Origin: Micrococcales bacterium
GTDB lineage: Bacteria > Actinomycetota > Actinomycetes > S36-B12 > GCA-2699445
Length of the DNA stretch: 61,494 bases
NCBI GenBank assembly: GCA_032127075.1
Contig: JAQAZZ010000052.1
Coordinates: forward strand, 1-61,494
Reading direction: 5' to 3'
A program made the position numbers and the translations under genes. Below, piece after piece: positions 28,587-38,993 of the stretch. The notes under the pieces were generated by a model. It searched no databases. It saw only the letters and a program-made list of their open reading frames with translations, and was not told the origin of the DNA. Numbering within the stretch: position 1 is the first letter of the stretch; each line of letters starts with the position of its first letter.

Positions 28587-28693
28587 CGTAACAAGAACGT
28601 AACGTGCATGCCGCAGACGTCACACCGCTGAAACGTGAACAGGCGCCGGGAGTAACAAGCGCCCGTCACGATCGCGACATCCTGTAGGGAAAC
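28587..28693. promoter_or_regulatory. Cluster of GTnAC/GAAAC half-sites resembling actinobacterial GlnR boxes in the GH13/amt divergent promoter
   Basis: Read directly: GTAAC(28587)-n6-GTAAC(28598); GTCAC(28618)-n6-GAAAC(28629); GTAAC(28651)-n8-GTCAC(28664); GAAAC(28689). The 28618-28633 element matches the recalled a-site/b-site consensus gTnAc-n6-GaAAc exactly. Confidence 0.45.
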
Positions 28694-28720
28694 ACCCTGG
28701 AGGTGGGAAAGGAGCAAACG

Positions 28721-30387
<1,667 letters not shown>

Positions 30388-30398
30388 GGAGATATCCC

Positions 30399-32777
30399 GT
30401 GTCCGCTGTCGATGAAGGCGAACAGTTCACCATCACGGGGTCTGCGGACTCCGCGACGGCGACTGCCGGCTTCGTCGCAGCGCGCTCGGAACTGCTGCGG
30501 CGCCCCGGACCACCCGGTCCGGGGCGCCGTCGCGCGCTGGTCGCCCTGACCGACGAATGGCTGCAGGAGCTGTACCGGCTGGCAGGGGGCGGGGCCACCG
30601 GCACGGCACTGGTGGCCATCGGGGGCTACGGCCGGGGCGACCTGGCGCCCGGCAGCGACCTGGACCTGCTCCTGCTGCACGAGAGCAAGATCGGCGAGCT
30701 GGCCGACCGGATCTGGTACCCGGTGTGGGACAGCCGGATCCCGCTGGACCACTCGGTGCGCACCATCTCCGAGGCGCGGCGGCTCGCGGCCGCCGACATC
30801 AAGGTTGTCCTGGGGTTGCTCGATTCCCGCGCGGTGGCCGGGGATGAACTGTTGGTGGAGCGTCTCATCAGTTCGGTCCGCGCGGACTGGCGCGGATTCG
30901 CCGCCAAGAGGATGGACGAGTTGCGCGCCAATGTCGACCAGCGACGGGAGCGCAGCGGTGAGGTGGCCCACCTGCTGGAGCCGGACCTGAAGGAATCGTA
31001 CGGCGGACTGCGTGATGTCACCGTTCTGCGCGCGGTGGCGGCCTCCTGGATAACCGATATCCCCCGTTCGGGGCTGCGCCCCTCGGCAGACCTGCTGATG
31101 GACGCACGAGACGCGTTGCACAGCAAGACGGGCAGGGCCAGCGACCGCCTGCTCATGCAGGAACAGGACCCGGTGGCGCTCGCAATGAGCTATCCGGACT
31201 CCGAAACTCTGATGCGCTCGATCTCCGCGGCGGGCCGCGCGATCGGGCACGCCGCCGACACGATGTGGTACCAGGTCGGTCGTGCCACCAGAAGATCCTC
31301 GCGGCGAACGTTGCGCCGGCTCGGCGGGAAGAGCGGCCGTACGCCGCTGGCCGACGGGGTCGTGGCCCAGGACGGTGAGGCCGTCCTCGCCGAGGGGGCC
31401 CGTCCCGACCGTGACCCGGTCCTGGTGCTGCGGGCTGCCGCCGCCGCCGCCCAGGCCGGACTGCGCTTGGCACCGCATGCCGTGGATCGGCTGGCCGCCG
31501 AGTCTGCGCCGCTGCCGGTTCCCTGGCCCGCTTCGGCTCGCGATGCGCTGGTCTCGCTGCTCGGCGCGGGCAGGTCCACCTTGCCGGTGTGGGAAGCGCT
31601 GGATCAAGCGGGCATCACCGAACGGCTGCTGCCAGGTTGGGGGGTCGTGCGCAGCGCGCCGCAGCGCAACCCCGTGCACCGGTACACCGTTGACCGGCAC
31701 CTGGTGGAAACCGCGATTCATGCCTCACGGTTCCAGCGAGATGTCAGCCGACCGGACCTACTCCTGGTGGCCGCGCTCTTCCATGACATCGGCAAGGGCA
31801 GGCCCACGGTGGACCACACCGAGATGGGCGTGGACCTGATGGTGGACATCGCCCCACACCTGGGGTTCGACGCGGCCGACTCCGAGACTCTTGTGGCCCT
31901 GGTGCAGCACCACCTTCTGCTTCCGGAGACCGCAACCCGGCGCGACCCGGACGACCCGGCGATCATCGCGTCCATCGCTGACGCGGTGGCAGATGCGGAC
32001 ACCCTCGAACTGCTCTACGCCCTCACCAGGGCTGATGCCGCCGCCACCGGGCCTGCGGCGTGGAGCGACTGGCGCGCGGCGCTGATCGCAGATCTGGTGG
32101 CCCGGGTGCGCCGGGTCCTGGCCGGGGTGCGGGTCGAGCCCCGCGTCGCACTGCGGCCGGCCCAAGAGGAGCTGGTGCGCGCCGGGGTGCCCGACGTCCT
32201 CATCGAGGATCACGCACCAGGCGAACTGTTGAGCGTCACCGTGGCTGCTCCCGACCAGGTCGGGCTGCTGGCGACCGTCGCGGGCGTCCTCGCACTGAAC
32301 CGCCTCAATGTGCGGGGCGCGAGGGCGTTCACCTCCGGGGTGATGGCGCTGTCGGAATGGACCGTCGACCCGGCCTTCGGCGGCGCCCCCGACGCGGTCC
32401 GGCTGCGGGAGGATCTGCGCCGCGCGCTGGCAGGGACGCTGGACGTTGCCGACAGGCTGCGCCGGCGCGAGGCTGACTACCCGGACCGCTCGCGATCCGC
32501 TGCGCTGGAGCCGCGGGTGGAGGTCGTCGCCGACGCCTCTGATCGGGCCACCGTGGTCGAGGTGCGCACCTACGACGGTCAGGGTGGACTGTTCCGGCTG
32601 GCCCGGGCCATCGCCGATGCGGGTATCCATGTGATGGCTGCACGCGCGGACTCGATAGGGTCCAACGTCATCGACGTGTTCTACATGTGCAACAGCGACG
32701 GCCGACTGCTCGACTACGACCAGACCGCCACCGTGCTCCAGCGGCTCGCCGAAGTCGCCGGTTCGACCGCTTCGTGA
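30399..32777 (+). CDS. glnD: [Protein-PII] uridylyl/adenylyl-transferase
   Basis: 792 aa. N-terminal nucleotidyltransferase (GGYGRGDLAPGSDLDLLLL), HD domain (FHDIGKG) and two C-terminal ACT-like repeats. It completes amt-glnK-glnD. Confidence 0.92.
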   Translation: MSAVDEGEQFTITGSADSATATAGFVAARSELLRRPGPPGPGRRRALVALTDEWLQELYRLAGGGATGTALVAIGGYGRGDLAPGSDLDLLLLHESKIGELADRIWYPVWDSRIPLDHSVRTISEARRLAAADIKVVLGLLDSRAVAGDELLVERLISSVRADWRGFAAKRMDELRANVDQRRERSGEVAHLLEPDLKESYGGLRDVTVLRAVAASWITDIPRSGLRPSADLLMDARDALHSKTGRASDRLLMQEQDPVALAMSYPDSETLMRSISAAGRAIGHAADTMWYQVGRATRRSSRRTLRRLGGKSGRTPLADGVVAQDGEAVLAEGARPDRDPVLVLRAAAAAAQAGLRLAPHAVDRLAAESAPLPVPWPASARDALVSLLGAGRSTLPVWEALDQAGITERLLPGWGVVRSAPQRNPVHRYTVDRHLVETAIHASRFQRDVSRPDLLLVAALFHDIGKGRPTVDHTEMGVDLMVDIAPHLGFDAADSETLVALVQHHLLLPETATRRDPDDPAIIASIADAVADADTLELLYALTRADAAATGPAAWSDWRAALIADLVARVRRVLAGVRVEPRVALRPAQEELVRAGVPDVLIEDHAPGELLSVTVAAPDQVGLLATVAGVLALNRLNVRGARAFTSGVMALSEWTVDPAFGGAPDAVRLREDLRRALAGTLDVADRLRRREADYPDRSRSAALEPRVEVVADASDRATVVEVRTYDGQGGLFRLARAIADAGIHVMAARADSIGSNVIDVFYMCNSDGRLLDYDQTATVLQRLAEVAGSTAS

Positions 32778-32852
32778 CAGCCCGGGGGAGATCTTCCAGC
32801 GGGTTACCCTGGGAGTCGCGCCAAGAACTCCGCCGAACTCACTAGGGGAATC

Positions 32853-34379
32853 GTGTTCGCCTCACTCTCCGATCGACTCACCGCCACTTTCAAGAACCTG
32901 CGCGGAAAGGGACGGCTGTCCGAGTCCGACATCGACGTCACTGTCCGGGAGATCCGCATGGCGTTGCTGGACGCGGATGTGGCCCTCCCCGTCGTCCGCG
33001 CCTTCTGCAGCCGCATCAAGGAGCGGGCCCTGGGCGCGGAGGTGTCGGGGGCGCTGAATCCCGCTCAGCAAGTGGTCAAGATCGTCAACGAGGAACTCGT
33101 GGAAATCCTCGGCGGCCGAACGCGCCGGTTGCGGCTGGCCAAGACGCCACCCACGGTCATCATGCTTGCGGGCCTGCAAGGGGCGGGCAAGACGACCCTG
33201 GCGGGCAAACTGGCGGCCGATCTGAAATCCAAGGGCCACCAGCCGCTGCTGGTCGCCGCCGACCTGCAGCGACCCAACGCGGTCGATCAGCTGTCCGTGG
33301 TCGGAGCACGCGCCGATGTGGCCGTGTTCGCGCCCGAGCCCGGCAACGGGGTGGGCGATCCCGTGGATGTCGCCCGACGTTCCAAGGCCGAGGCCGAGTT
33401 GAAGCTGCACGACGTGGTGATCATCGACACCGCCGGGCGCTTGGCCATCGACGACGACCTGATGCGCCAACTGCGAGACATCACCGACGCCGTGCGCCCT
33501 GACGAGACGCTGCTGGTCGTCGACGCGATGATCGGCCAGGACGCGGTGAACACCGCGGTGCTGTTCGACCAGCAGGCGGGCTTCGACGGGGTCGTGCTCA
33601 CGAAACTCGACGGCGACGCCCGCGGTGGTGCGGCGCTGTCCATCGTCGGAGTCACCGGCAAGCCGATCCTGTTCGCGTCCACAGGTGAGAAGGTCGGCGA
33701 CTTCGAGGCCTTCCACCCCGACCGGATGGCAAGCCGGATCCTCGACATGGGGGACATCCTCACGCTCATCGAGCAGGCGGAGAAGGCCTTCGACGTCGAA
33801 CAGACCCAGCGGATGGCCGGCAAGGTCGAGCGGGGGGAAGATTTCACCCTGACCGACTTCCTGGAACAGATGCAGGCGGTCAAGAAGATGGGCTCCTTGA
33901 CCAAGATCCTGGGAATGATGCCCGGCATGGGCGATGTCAAGAAGCAGTTGGATTCCATCGATGATCGAGATATCGACCGAGTTGCGGCGATCATCCATTC
34001 GATGACCCCGCAGGAGCGGGACAACCCCAAGATCCTCAACGGCTCCCGGCGGGCCCGTATCGCGCGCGGGTCCGGCGTCGAGGTCCAGCAGGTCAACGCA
34101 CTGGTGGAACGCTTCGGCGAGGCGCAGAAGATGATGCGCCAGATGCGGGGGGGCAAAGGAGCCCCCGGTATCCCCGGGATGCCCGCCATGCCCGGGATGC
34201 CGTCGGGAGGTGCCCGCAAGTCCAAGGGGAAGCCGGGCAGACCCAAGCAGAAGAAGGGACGCTCCGGCAACCCCGCGAAGCGGGCGCAGCAGGAGAAGGA
34301 CGCCCTGACCGGTCCGTTGGTGGATCCCGGTTCGGTCGAGTTGCCCCCGCAGTTCAAGGACCTCTTGGGCGGCGGCTGA
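32853..34379 (+). CDS. ffh: Signal recognition particle protein Ffh
   Basis: 508 aa. NG domain (GLQGAGKTT, DTAGRL, TKLDGDARGG), then a Met-rich M domain (KKMGSLTKILGMMPGMG) and a basic tail. Confidence 0.96.
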   Translation: MFASLSDRLTATFKNLRGKGRLSESDIDVTVREIRMALLDADVALPVVRAFCSRIKERALGAEVSGALNPAQQVVKIVNEELVEILGGRTRRLRLAKTPPTVIMLAGLQGAGKTTLAGKLAADLKSKGHQPLLVAADLQRPNAVDQLSVVGARADVAVFAPEPGNGVGDPVDVARRSKAEAELKLHDVVIIDTAGRLAIDDDLMRQLRDITDAVRPDETLLVVDAMIGQDAVNTAVLFDQQAGFDGVVLTKLDGDARGGAALSIVGVTGKPILFASTGEKVGDFEAFHPDRMASRILDMGDILTLIEQAEKAFDVEQTQRMAGKVERGEDFTLTDFLEQMQAVKKMGSLTKILGMMPGMGDVKKQLDSIDDRDIDRVAAIIHSMTPQERDNPKILNGSRRARIARGSGVEVQQVNALVERFGEAQKMMRQMRGGKGAPGIPGMPAMPGMPSGGARKSKGKPGRPKQKKGRSGNPAKRAQQEKDALTGPLVDPGSVELPPQFKDLLGGG

Positions 34380-34544
34380 CCCGCGGGCCGCAGGTTTGGG
34401 CGCGGGGCGACGATCTGGCACACTAGGGCGGTCGGCCGCCTCTGATCTTTGTACGGGGCGCCCGGTTGATCGAAACCCGGGACGGGGATACCCCCACCAT
34501 CGTCGCCCCAGGGTGCCCGACATATGACAGGAGTTGTCACAGCA

Positions 34545-35066
34545 GTGGCCGTCAAGATCAAACTGAAGCGCATCGGCAAGGTGCGCGTCCCGCAATACCG
34601 CATCGTCGTGGCGGATTCCCGCACCGCCCGGGGCGGGCGTGCCATCGAGGAACTCGGCATCTATCAGCCGAAGAAGGACCCGAGTCTCATCCGGGTGGAT
34701 TCCGAGCGGGTGCAGTACTGGCTCGGCGTCGGGGCCCTGCCCACTCAGCCGGTTCTGGCCATCCTGAAAGTCACCGGCGACTGGCAGCGCTTCAAAGGCC
34801 TGCCCGGCGCTGAAGGCACGCTTCGGGTTGCGGAGGCCAAGACCGACAAGATGGAGGTCTTCAACGCCGCCGCCCAGGAAGCCGGCGCCGAGAAGGACCG
34901 GGTCTCCGAAGCCAGGTCGAAGGCGGCCAAGAAGGCCGCTGCGGCCCGCACCGCTCCTGCCAAGGATCGTGGCGACGATGCCGACGCCGCTTCGTCGCGG
35001 CCTGAAGCGCCGGCTGCCGAAAAGACGGGCGAGGCTGCGGAGACCACCGAACCCGAGGGTTCCTGA
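34545..35066 (+). CDS. rpsP: 30S ribosomal protein S16 with Ala/Lys/Glu-rich C-terminal extension
   Basis: GTG 34545 gives [42 protein letters not shown]. The longest-ORF start at 34524 adds 7 atypical residues. Confidence 0.92.
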   Translation: MAVKIKLKRIGKVRVPQYRIVVADSRTARGGRAIEELGIYQPKKDPSLIRVDSERVQYWLGVGALPTQPVLAILKVTGDWQRFKGLPGAEGTLRVAEAKTDKMEVFNAAAQEAGAEKDRVSEARSKAAKKAAAARTAPAKDRGDDADAASSRPEAPAAEKTGEAAETTEPEGS

Positions 35067-35067
35067 C

Positions 35068-35307
35068 GTGCTCGTCGACGCACTGGAGCACCTGATCCGC
35101 GGGATCGTCGACAACCCGGAAGATGTGGCTGTCAAGGAACGCAGCCAGCGCCGTGGCACCACGCTGCGGGTCAGGGTGAACCCTTCGGACATGGGCCGGG
35201 TGATCGGCAAAGCCGGCCGCACCGCGACCGCGATCCGCACCGTCATCACGGCAGTGGCGGGCCGCGACGGCGTCCGGGTGGATTTCGTGGACGGCAACTC
35301 GCGCTGA
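35068..35307 (+). CDS. KH-domain RNA-binding protein (YlqC family)
   Basis: 79 aa from GTG 35068. LVDALEHLIRGIVDNPEDV...MGRVIGKAGRTATAIRTV contains a GxxG KH loop. It occupies the standard slot between rpsP and rimM. Confidence 0.87.
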   Translation: MLVDALEHLIRGIVDNPEDVAVKERSQRRGTTLRVRVNPSDMGRVIGKAGRTATAIRTVITAVAGRDGVRVDFVDGNSR

Positions 35308-35308
35308 G

Positions 35309-35824
35309 ATGCGCGTGCGCGTGGCCCGGATCGGCAAACCGTTCGGGATCGCCGGGCAGGTGACGGTGCAGGTGGCGACCGACGAACCCGAGATGCGGTT
35401 CGTCCCGGGTGCCGAACTGTTCTGCGACGGAAATCCGCTTCGCCTCGACAGCGTACGGCGCAGCGGCCCGCGGTGGATCCTGGGATTCGCGGGTGTGTCG
35501 GGCCGAGAAGCAGCCGAAGAGCTGCGGGGCTCCGAACTGTTCGCCGACGTCGCCGACACCGCCCGGCCGTCCGGAGCACAGGAGTGGTACGACCGCGATC
35601 TGGTGGGTCTGACATGTTTCTCTCCGCAAGGGGAGCGCCTCGGAGAGGTTGCGGGTGTGAACCACCTGCCCGGGCAGGACCTGTTGGTCGTCCGCACCCC
35701 CGCCGGCCACGACGCCTTGGTCCCTTTCGTGGCCGCAATCGTGACCCGGGTCGACGACAGCGGGATCGTCCTCGACACCCCCGGTGGCCTGCTGGAGCCC
35801 GACTTGGAGGCGCGCGAGGTATGA
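35309..35824 (+). CDS. rimM: 16S rRNA processing protein RimM
   Basis: 171 aa. VARIGKPFGIAGQVTV (beta-barrel N-domain) and a C-terminal PRC barrel (LVPFVAAIVTRVD). Confidence 0.9.
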   Translation: MRVRVARIGKPFGIAGQVTVQVATDEPEMRFVPGAELFCDGNPLRLDSVRRSGPRWILGFAGVSGREAAEELRGSELFADVADTARPSGAQEWYDRDLVGLTCFSPQGERLGEVAGVNHLPGQDLLVVRTPAGHDALVPFVAAIVTRVDDSGIVLDTPGGLLEPDLEAREV

Positions 35825-36540
35825 GGGTGGATGTCATCACCATCTTCCCCGACTACCTCGCCCCCGCGAGGCTGTCGCTGATCGGGCGTGCGATCGACTC
35901 CGGCGCGATCGACCTGCGGGTCCACGATCTGCGCAAATGGACCCACGACCGGCACCGCACCGTCGACGACACCCCCTTCGGCGGGGGGCCCGGGATGGTC
36001 ATGAAGCCGGAACCCTGGGGCGAGGCGCTCGACCATGTCCTGGCCGGGGCAGCCGCCGGCACGCGTATCGTGGTGCCCACCCCCGCGGGGGTGCGCTACG
36101 ATCAGCGCTGCGCAGAGCGCTACTCACAGGTACCGGGGCTCGTGGTGGCGTGCGGCCGCTACGAGGGGATCGACGACCGCGTTTGGCACCACTTCGGCGA
36201 GAAGCACCCCGTGGACCGCATCAGCCTCGGCGATTATGTACTCGCAGGTGGTGAGTTGGCCGCGCTGGCGATCCTGGAGTCGGTGGGGCGGCTGCTGCCC
36301 GGCGTATTGGGCAACGAGACCAGCGCGGTGGACGACTCCTTCACGACAGGTCGCGAGGGTGGCGAGCTGGAAGGGCCCTTGTACACCAAGCCGCGGCGGT
36401 GGCGCGGCCTCGAGGTGCCGGACGTTCTGCTGAGCGGCGACCACGCCCGCATCGCGTCATGGCGCGCCGCGCAAGCGCGGCTGCGGACCCGCCAGCTGCG
36501 CCCAGACCTCGCCGGCGGGCATCACGGGCCAGACGGCTGA
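35821..36540 (+). CDS. trmD: tRNA (guanine37-N1)-methyltransferase
   Basis: ATG 35821 overlaps the rimM stop (ATGA). [12 protein letters not shown]...[17 protein letters not shown]...[11 protein letters not shown]...[14 protein letters not shown]. Confidence 0.95.
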   Translation: MRVDVITIFPDYLAPARLSLIGRAIDSGAIDLRVHDLRKWTHDRHRTVDDTPFGGGPGMVMKPEPWGEALDHVLAGAAAGTRIVVPTPAGVRYDQRCAERYSQVPGLVVACGRYEGIDDRVWHHFGEKHPVDRISLGDYVLAGGELAALAILESVGRLLPGVLGNETSAVDDSFTTGREGGELEGPLYTKPRRWRGLEVPDVLLSGDHARIASWRAAQARLRTRQLRPDLAGGHHGPDG

Positions 36541-36704
36541 GATCCCCGGCACACGCATGCGCCTCGTTTGGTGCTGGGCGGTGCGTTCGGGCATACTGCG
36601 GTGACGCGGTCTTCACTCCGGCTCTGCCGCAGGGGAGCGGGGATTCCCGCCGCGGACCCATGACCTACATCGTGGGCGACCTGCGGCGCCTGCAGAGAGA
36701 GTGC

Positions 36705-37067
36705 ATGATGCGCAAATTGGATTCCGTCGATGCGGTATCGCTGCGAAGCGACATCCCAGACTTCCGGCCGGGCGACACGGTCAAGGTCCATGTGAGGGTC
36801 ATCGAGGGCACCCGCTCGCGTATCCAGATCTTCCAAGGCTTCATCATGGCCCGCAGCGGTGACGGCGTCCGCGAGACGTTCACCGTCCGCAAGGTGTCGT
36901 TCGGCACCGGAGTGGAGCGCACGTTCCCGGTGCACTCGCCCATTCTGGAGAAGATCGAGATAGTCAGCCGCGGCGATGTCCGCCGGGCGAAGCTGTACTA
37001 CCTGCGCGACCGCCGCGGCAAGGCGGCGAAGATCCGGGAGAAGCGCGACAACTCCGCATCATCCTGA
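36705..37067 (+). CDS. rplS: 50S ribosomal protein L19
   Basis: [52 protein letters not shown]...[24 protein letters not shown] at 36705 (or 36708). Confidence 0.95.
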   Translation: MMRKLDSVDAVSLRSDIPDFRPGDTVKVHVRVIEGTRSRIQIFQGFIMARSGDGVRETFTVRKVSFGTGVERTFPVHSPILEKIEIVSRGDVRRAKLYYLRDRRGKAAKIREKRDNSASS

Positions 37068-37085
37068 TCCGCCGGGGGCAGTGCC

Positions 37086-37811
37086 GTGACCTCGACTCGA
37101 CAGACCCCGGGGGCGCCGACCAAGCGCAGATCCGGCGGTCTGCCGCTGTGGCTGGAACTGCCGCTGGTGGTCCTCGTCGCGGTTCTCCTTGCCTTCGTGG
37201 TCAAGACCTTCCTGGTGCAGATCTTCTATATCCCGTCGGGTTCCATGGAGGACACGCTCCTGATCGGAGATCGGGTCGCGGTCAACCGGCTGGCCTACCG
37301 GGTCGGTGAACCGCAGCGCGGTGACGTGGTCGTGTTCGACGGGATCGACTCCTTCGTGCGCGCTGACGCCGCCGCCCCGTCCCAGGGGCCGGTGGCGGAC
37401 ATCCTCACCGAGCTGGGCCGGACCATCGGCATCGTCCCTCCCCCGGACACCGTCTTCGTGAAACGGATCATCGGAGTCGGCGGCGACCGGGTCAGGTGCT
37501 GTGACCGCAACGGCCGGATCGGCGTCAACGGCACGCCGATCGACGAGCCGTACATCTATCCAGGCGACGTACCCAGCAACACGCCCTTCGACGTCACAGT
37601 CCCGGAGGGCAAACTGTGGGTGATGGGCGACCACCGCGGCGCTTCCGCGGACTCACGCTCACACCTGGGCGACCCGGGCGGCGGATTCGTGCCGGTCGAC
37701 CGGACCCTGGGGCGCGGGTTCGCGGTCATCTGGCCCCGCGAGCAGTGGCAGCGGATCACGCGACCCGCCTGGGCGCAGCAGATGGATGAGGCGGAGCCGT
37801 CGCAGCCGTAG
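37086..37811 (+). CDS. lepB: Signal peptidase I
   Basis: 241 aa. N-terminal TM segment, catalytic Ser box IPSGSMEDTL, Lys box, and GDHRGASADSR box E. Confidence 0.92.
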   Translation: MTSTRQTPGAPTKRRSGGLPLWLELPLVVLVAVLLAFVVKTFLVQIFYIPSGSMEDTLLIGDRVAVNRLAYRVGEPQRGDVVVFDGIDSFVRADAAAPSQGPVADILTELGRTIGIVPPPDTVFVKRIIGVGGDRVRCCDRNGRIGVNGTPIDEPYIYPGDVPSNTPFDVTVPEGKLWVMGDHRGASADSRSHLGDPGGGFVPVDRTLGRGFAVIWPREQWQRITRPAWAQQMDEAEPSQP

Positions 37812-37820
37812 GCTGATGCG

Positions 37821-38549
37821 GTGGGAATCGCGCCGAGCCTGCGCTACGAGCGGGAGTTGCTGCGCGGTGGCGCGCTCCGGGTGGCGGGTGTGGATGAAGT
37901 CGGCCGGGGGGCGATCGCCGGGCCCGTCAGTGTGGGTGTGGTGGTCGTCGATGCCGAAACCCGCAGCGCTCCCACCGGCCTGCGCGACTCCAAACTGCTC
38001 ACACCCAAGCAGCGCCAAGCGCTCGAGCCCAAGGTCGCACGATGGGCCCGGGAGTGCGCGGTCGGCCATGCGGGACCAGACGAGATCGACCGGTGGGGGA
38101 TCATCGTAGGGCTGCGGCTCGCTGCACTGCGCGCTCTCCAACAGTGCGGCCGGGTGGATAGCGTCATCCTGGACGGCAGCCACGACTGGCTCAGCGCGGA
38201 AAGCCAGCAGCTGCTCGCTGCGCCCCCTTGGCCGGATGTGGCCGTTGCGACCGTGGTGACGCGGGTGCGCGCCGATCAGCGGTGCTCCAGCGTGGCGGCC
38301 GCCAGCGTCGCCGCGAAGGTCGCCCGCGATCGGATCATGCGGCAGCTGGATGGGCAGTGGCCCGGATACGGCTGGGCTGAGAACAAGGGATACAGCACGG
38401 CGGATCATGGGGCGGCGCTGCGGCACAAGGGCCTCTCGCAGCATCACAGGAAGTCTTGGCAGCTGGCTGCCCTCGGTGAAGCTCCCGCTGGGGGACGTCG
38501 GGGGACGGCCGTCCCCACTGCCGAGCCGCTGCCCGCCGTCCACAGCTGA
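37821..38549 (+). CDS. rnhB: Ribonuclease HII
   Basis: 242 aa. GVDEVGRGAIAGPV catalytic DE motif, plus DSKLLT and KGYST blocks. Confidence 0.92.
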   Translation: MGIAPSLRYERELLRGGALRVAGVDEVGRGAIAGPVSVGVVVVDAETRSAPTGLRDSKLLTPKQRQALEPKVARWARECAVGHAGPDEIDRWGIIVGLRLAALRALQQCGRVDSVILDGSHDWLSAESQQLLAAPPWPDVAVATVVTRVRADQRCSSVAAASVAAKVARDRIMRQLDGQWPGYGWAENKGYSTADHGAALRHKGLSQHHRKSWQLAALGEAPAGGRRGTAVPTAEPLPAVHS

Positions 38550-38570
38550 GAAACGGGTCGCCGGGGCGGC

Positions 38571-38993
38571 GTGCCCTGGCGGTTTGCTGCACCTATGGCT
38601 GCTTCACCTGCTGACAACCCCTCCTACGGCGTCTGGGCGCCTGGCAATCGCCGGATCGGGCAAGTAGGTGAGGGCCTGGCGGTGGAGTACCTGAGACGGC
38701 GGGGTTGGATCATCCTCGAACGCAACTGGCGCTGCAGCGCCGGGGAGATCGATGTCGTGGCGCTGGACGGCGACGAGTTGGTGGTCTGCGAGGTGAAGAC
38801 CCGCGCCTCGAGGCGCGCGGGCACGGCACTGGAATCGATAACCCAGCGCAAACTGCGGCGGCTGTACCGGCTGGCCGCTCTCTGGTCGTCGCAGCGGGGT
38901 GGCCAGCGGCTGCCGGCGCGCGTCGATGCCATCGGAATCCACTTGGCGGCGGACGGCACCTTCACGGTGGAGCATGTCCGGGGGATCAGCTGA
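38571..38993 (+). CDS. yraN: YraN-family (UPF0102) predicted endonuclease
   Basis: 140 aa. GEGLAVEYLRRRGWIILERNWRCSAGEIDVVALDGDELVVCEVKTR is the PD-(D/E)xK-like YraN core. Confidence 0.86.
   Translation: MPWRFAAPMAASPADNPSYGVWAPGNRRIGQVGEGLAVEYLRRRGWIILERNWRCSAGEIDVVALDGDELVVCEVKTRASRRAGTALESITQRKLRRLYRLAALWSSQRGGQRLPARVDAIGIHLAADGTFTVEHVRGIS

Noticed and set aside
32862-35843. A 993-aa - strand ORF spanning ffh, rpsP, the KH gene and rimM.
   Set aside because: It is antisense to four well-recognised genes. Its translation is Arg/Pro/Gly-rich low-complexity sequence with no motifs. This is the typical GC-driven shadow ORF, since stop codons are rare in high-GC antisense frames.
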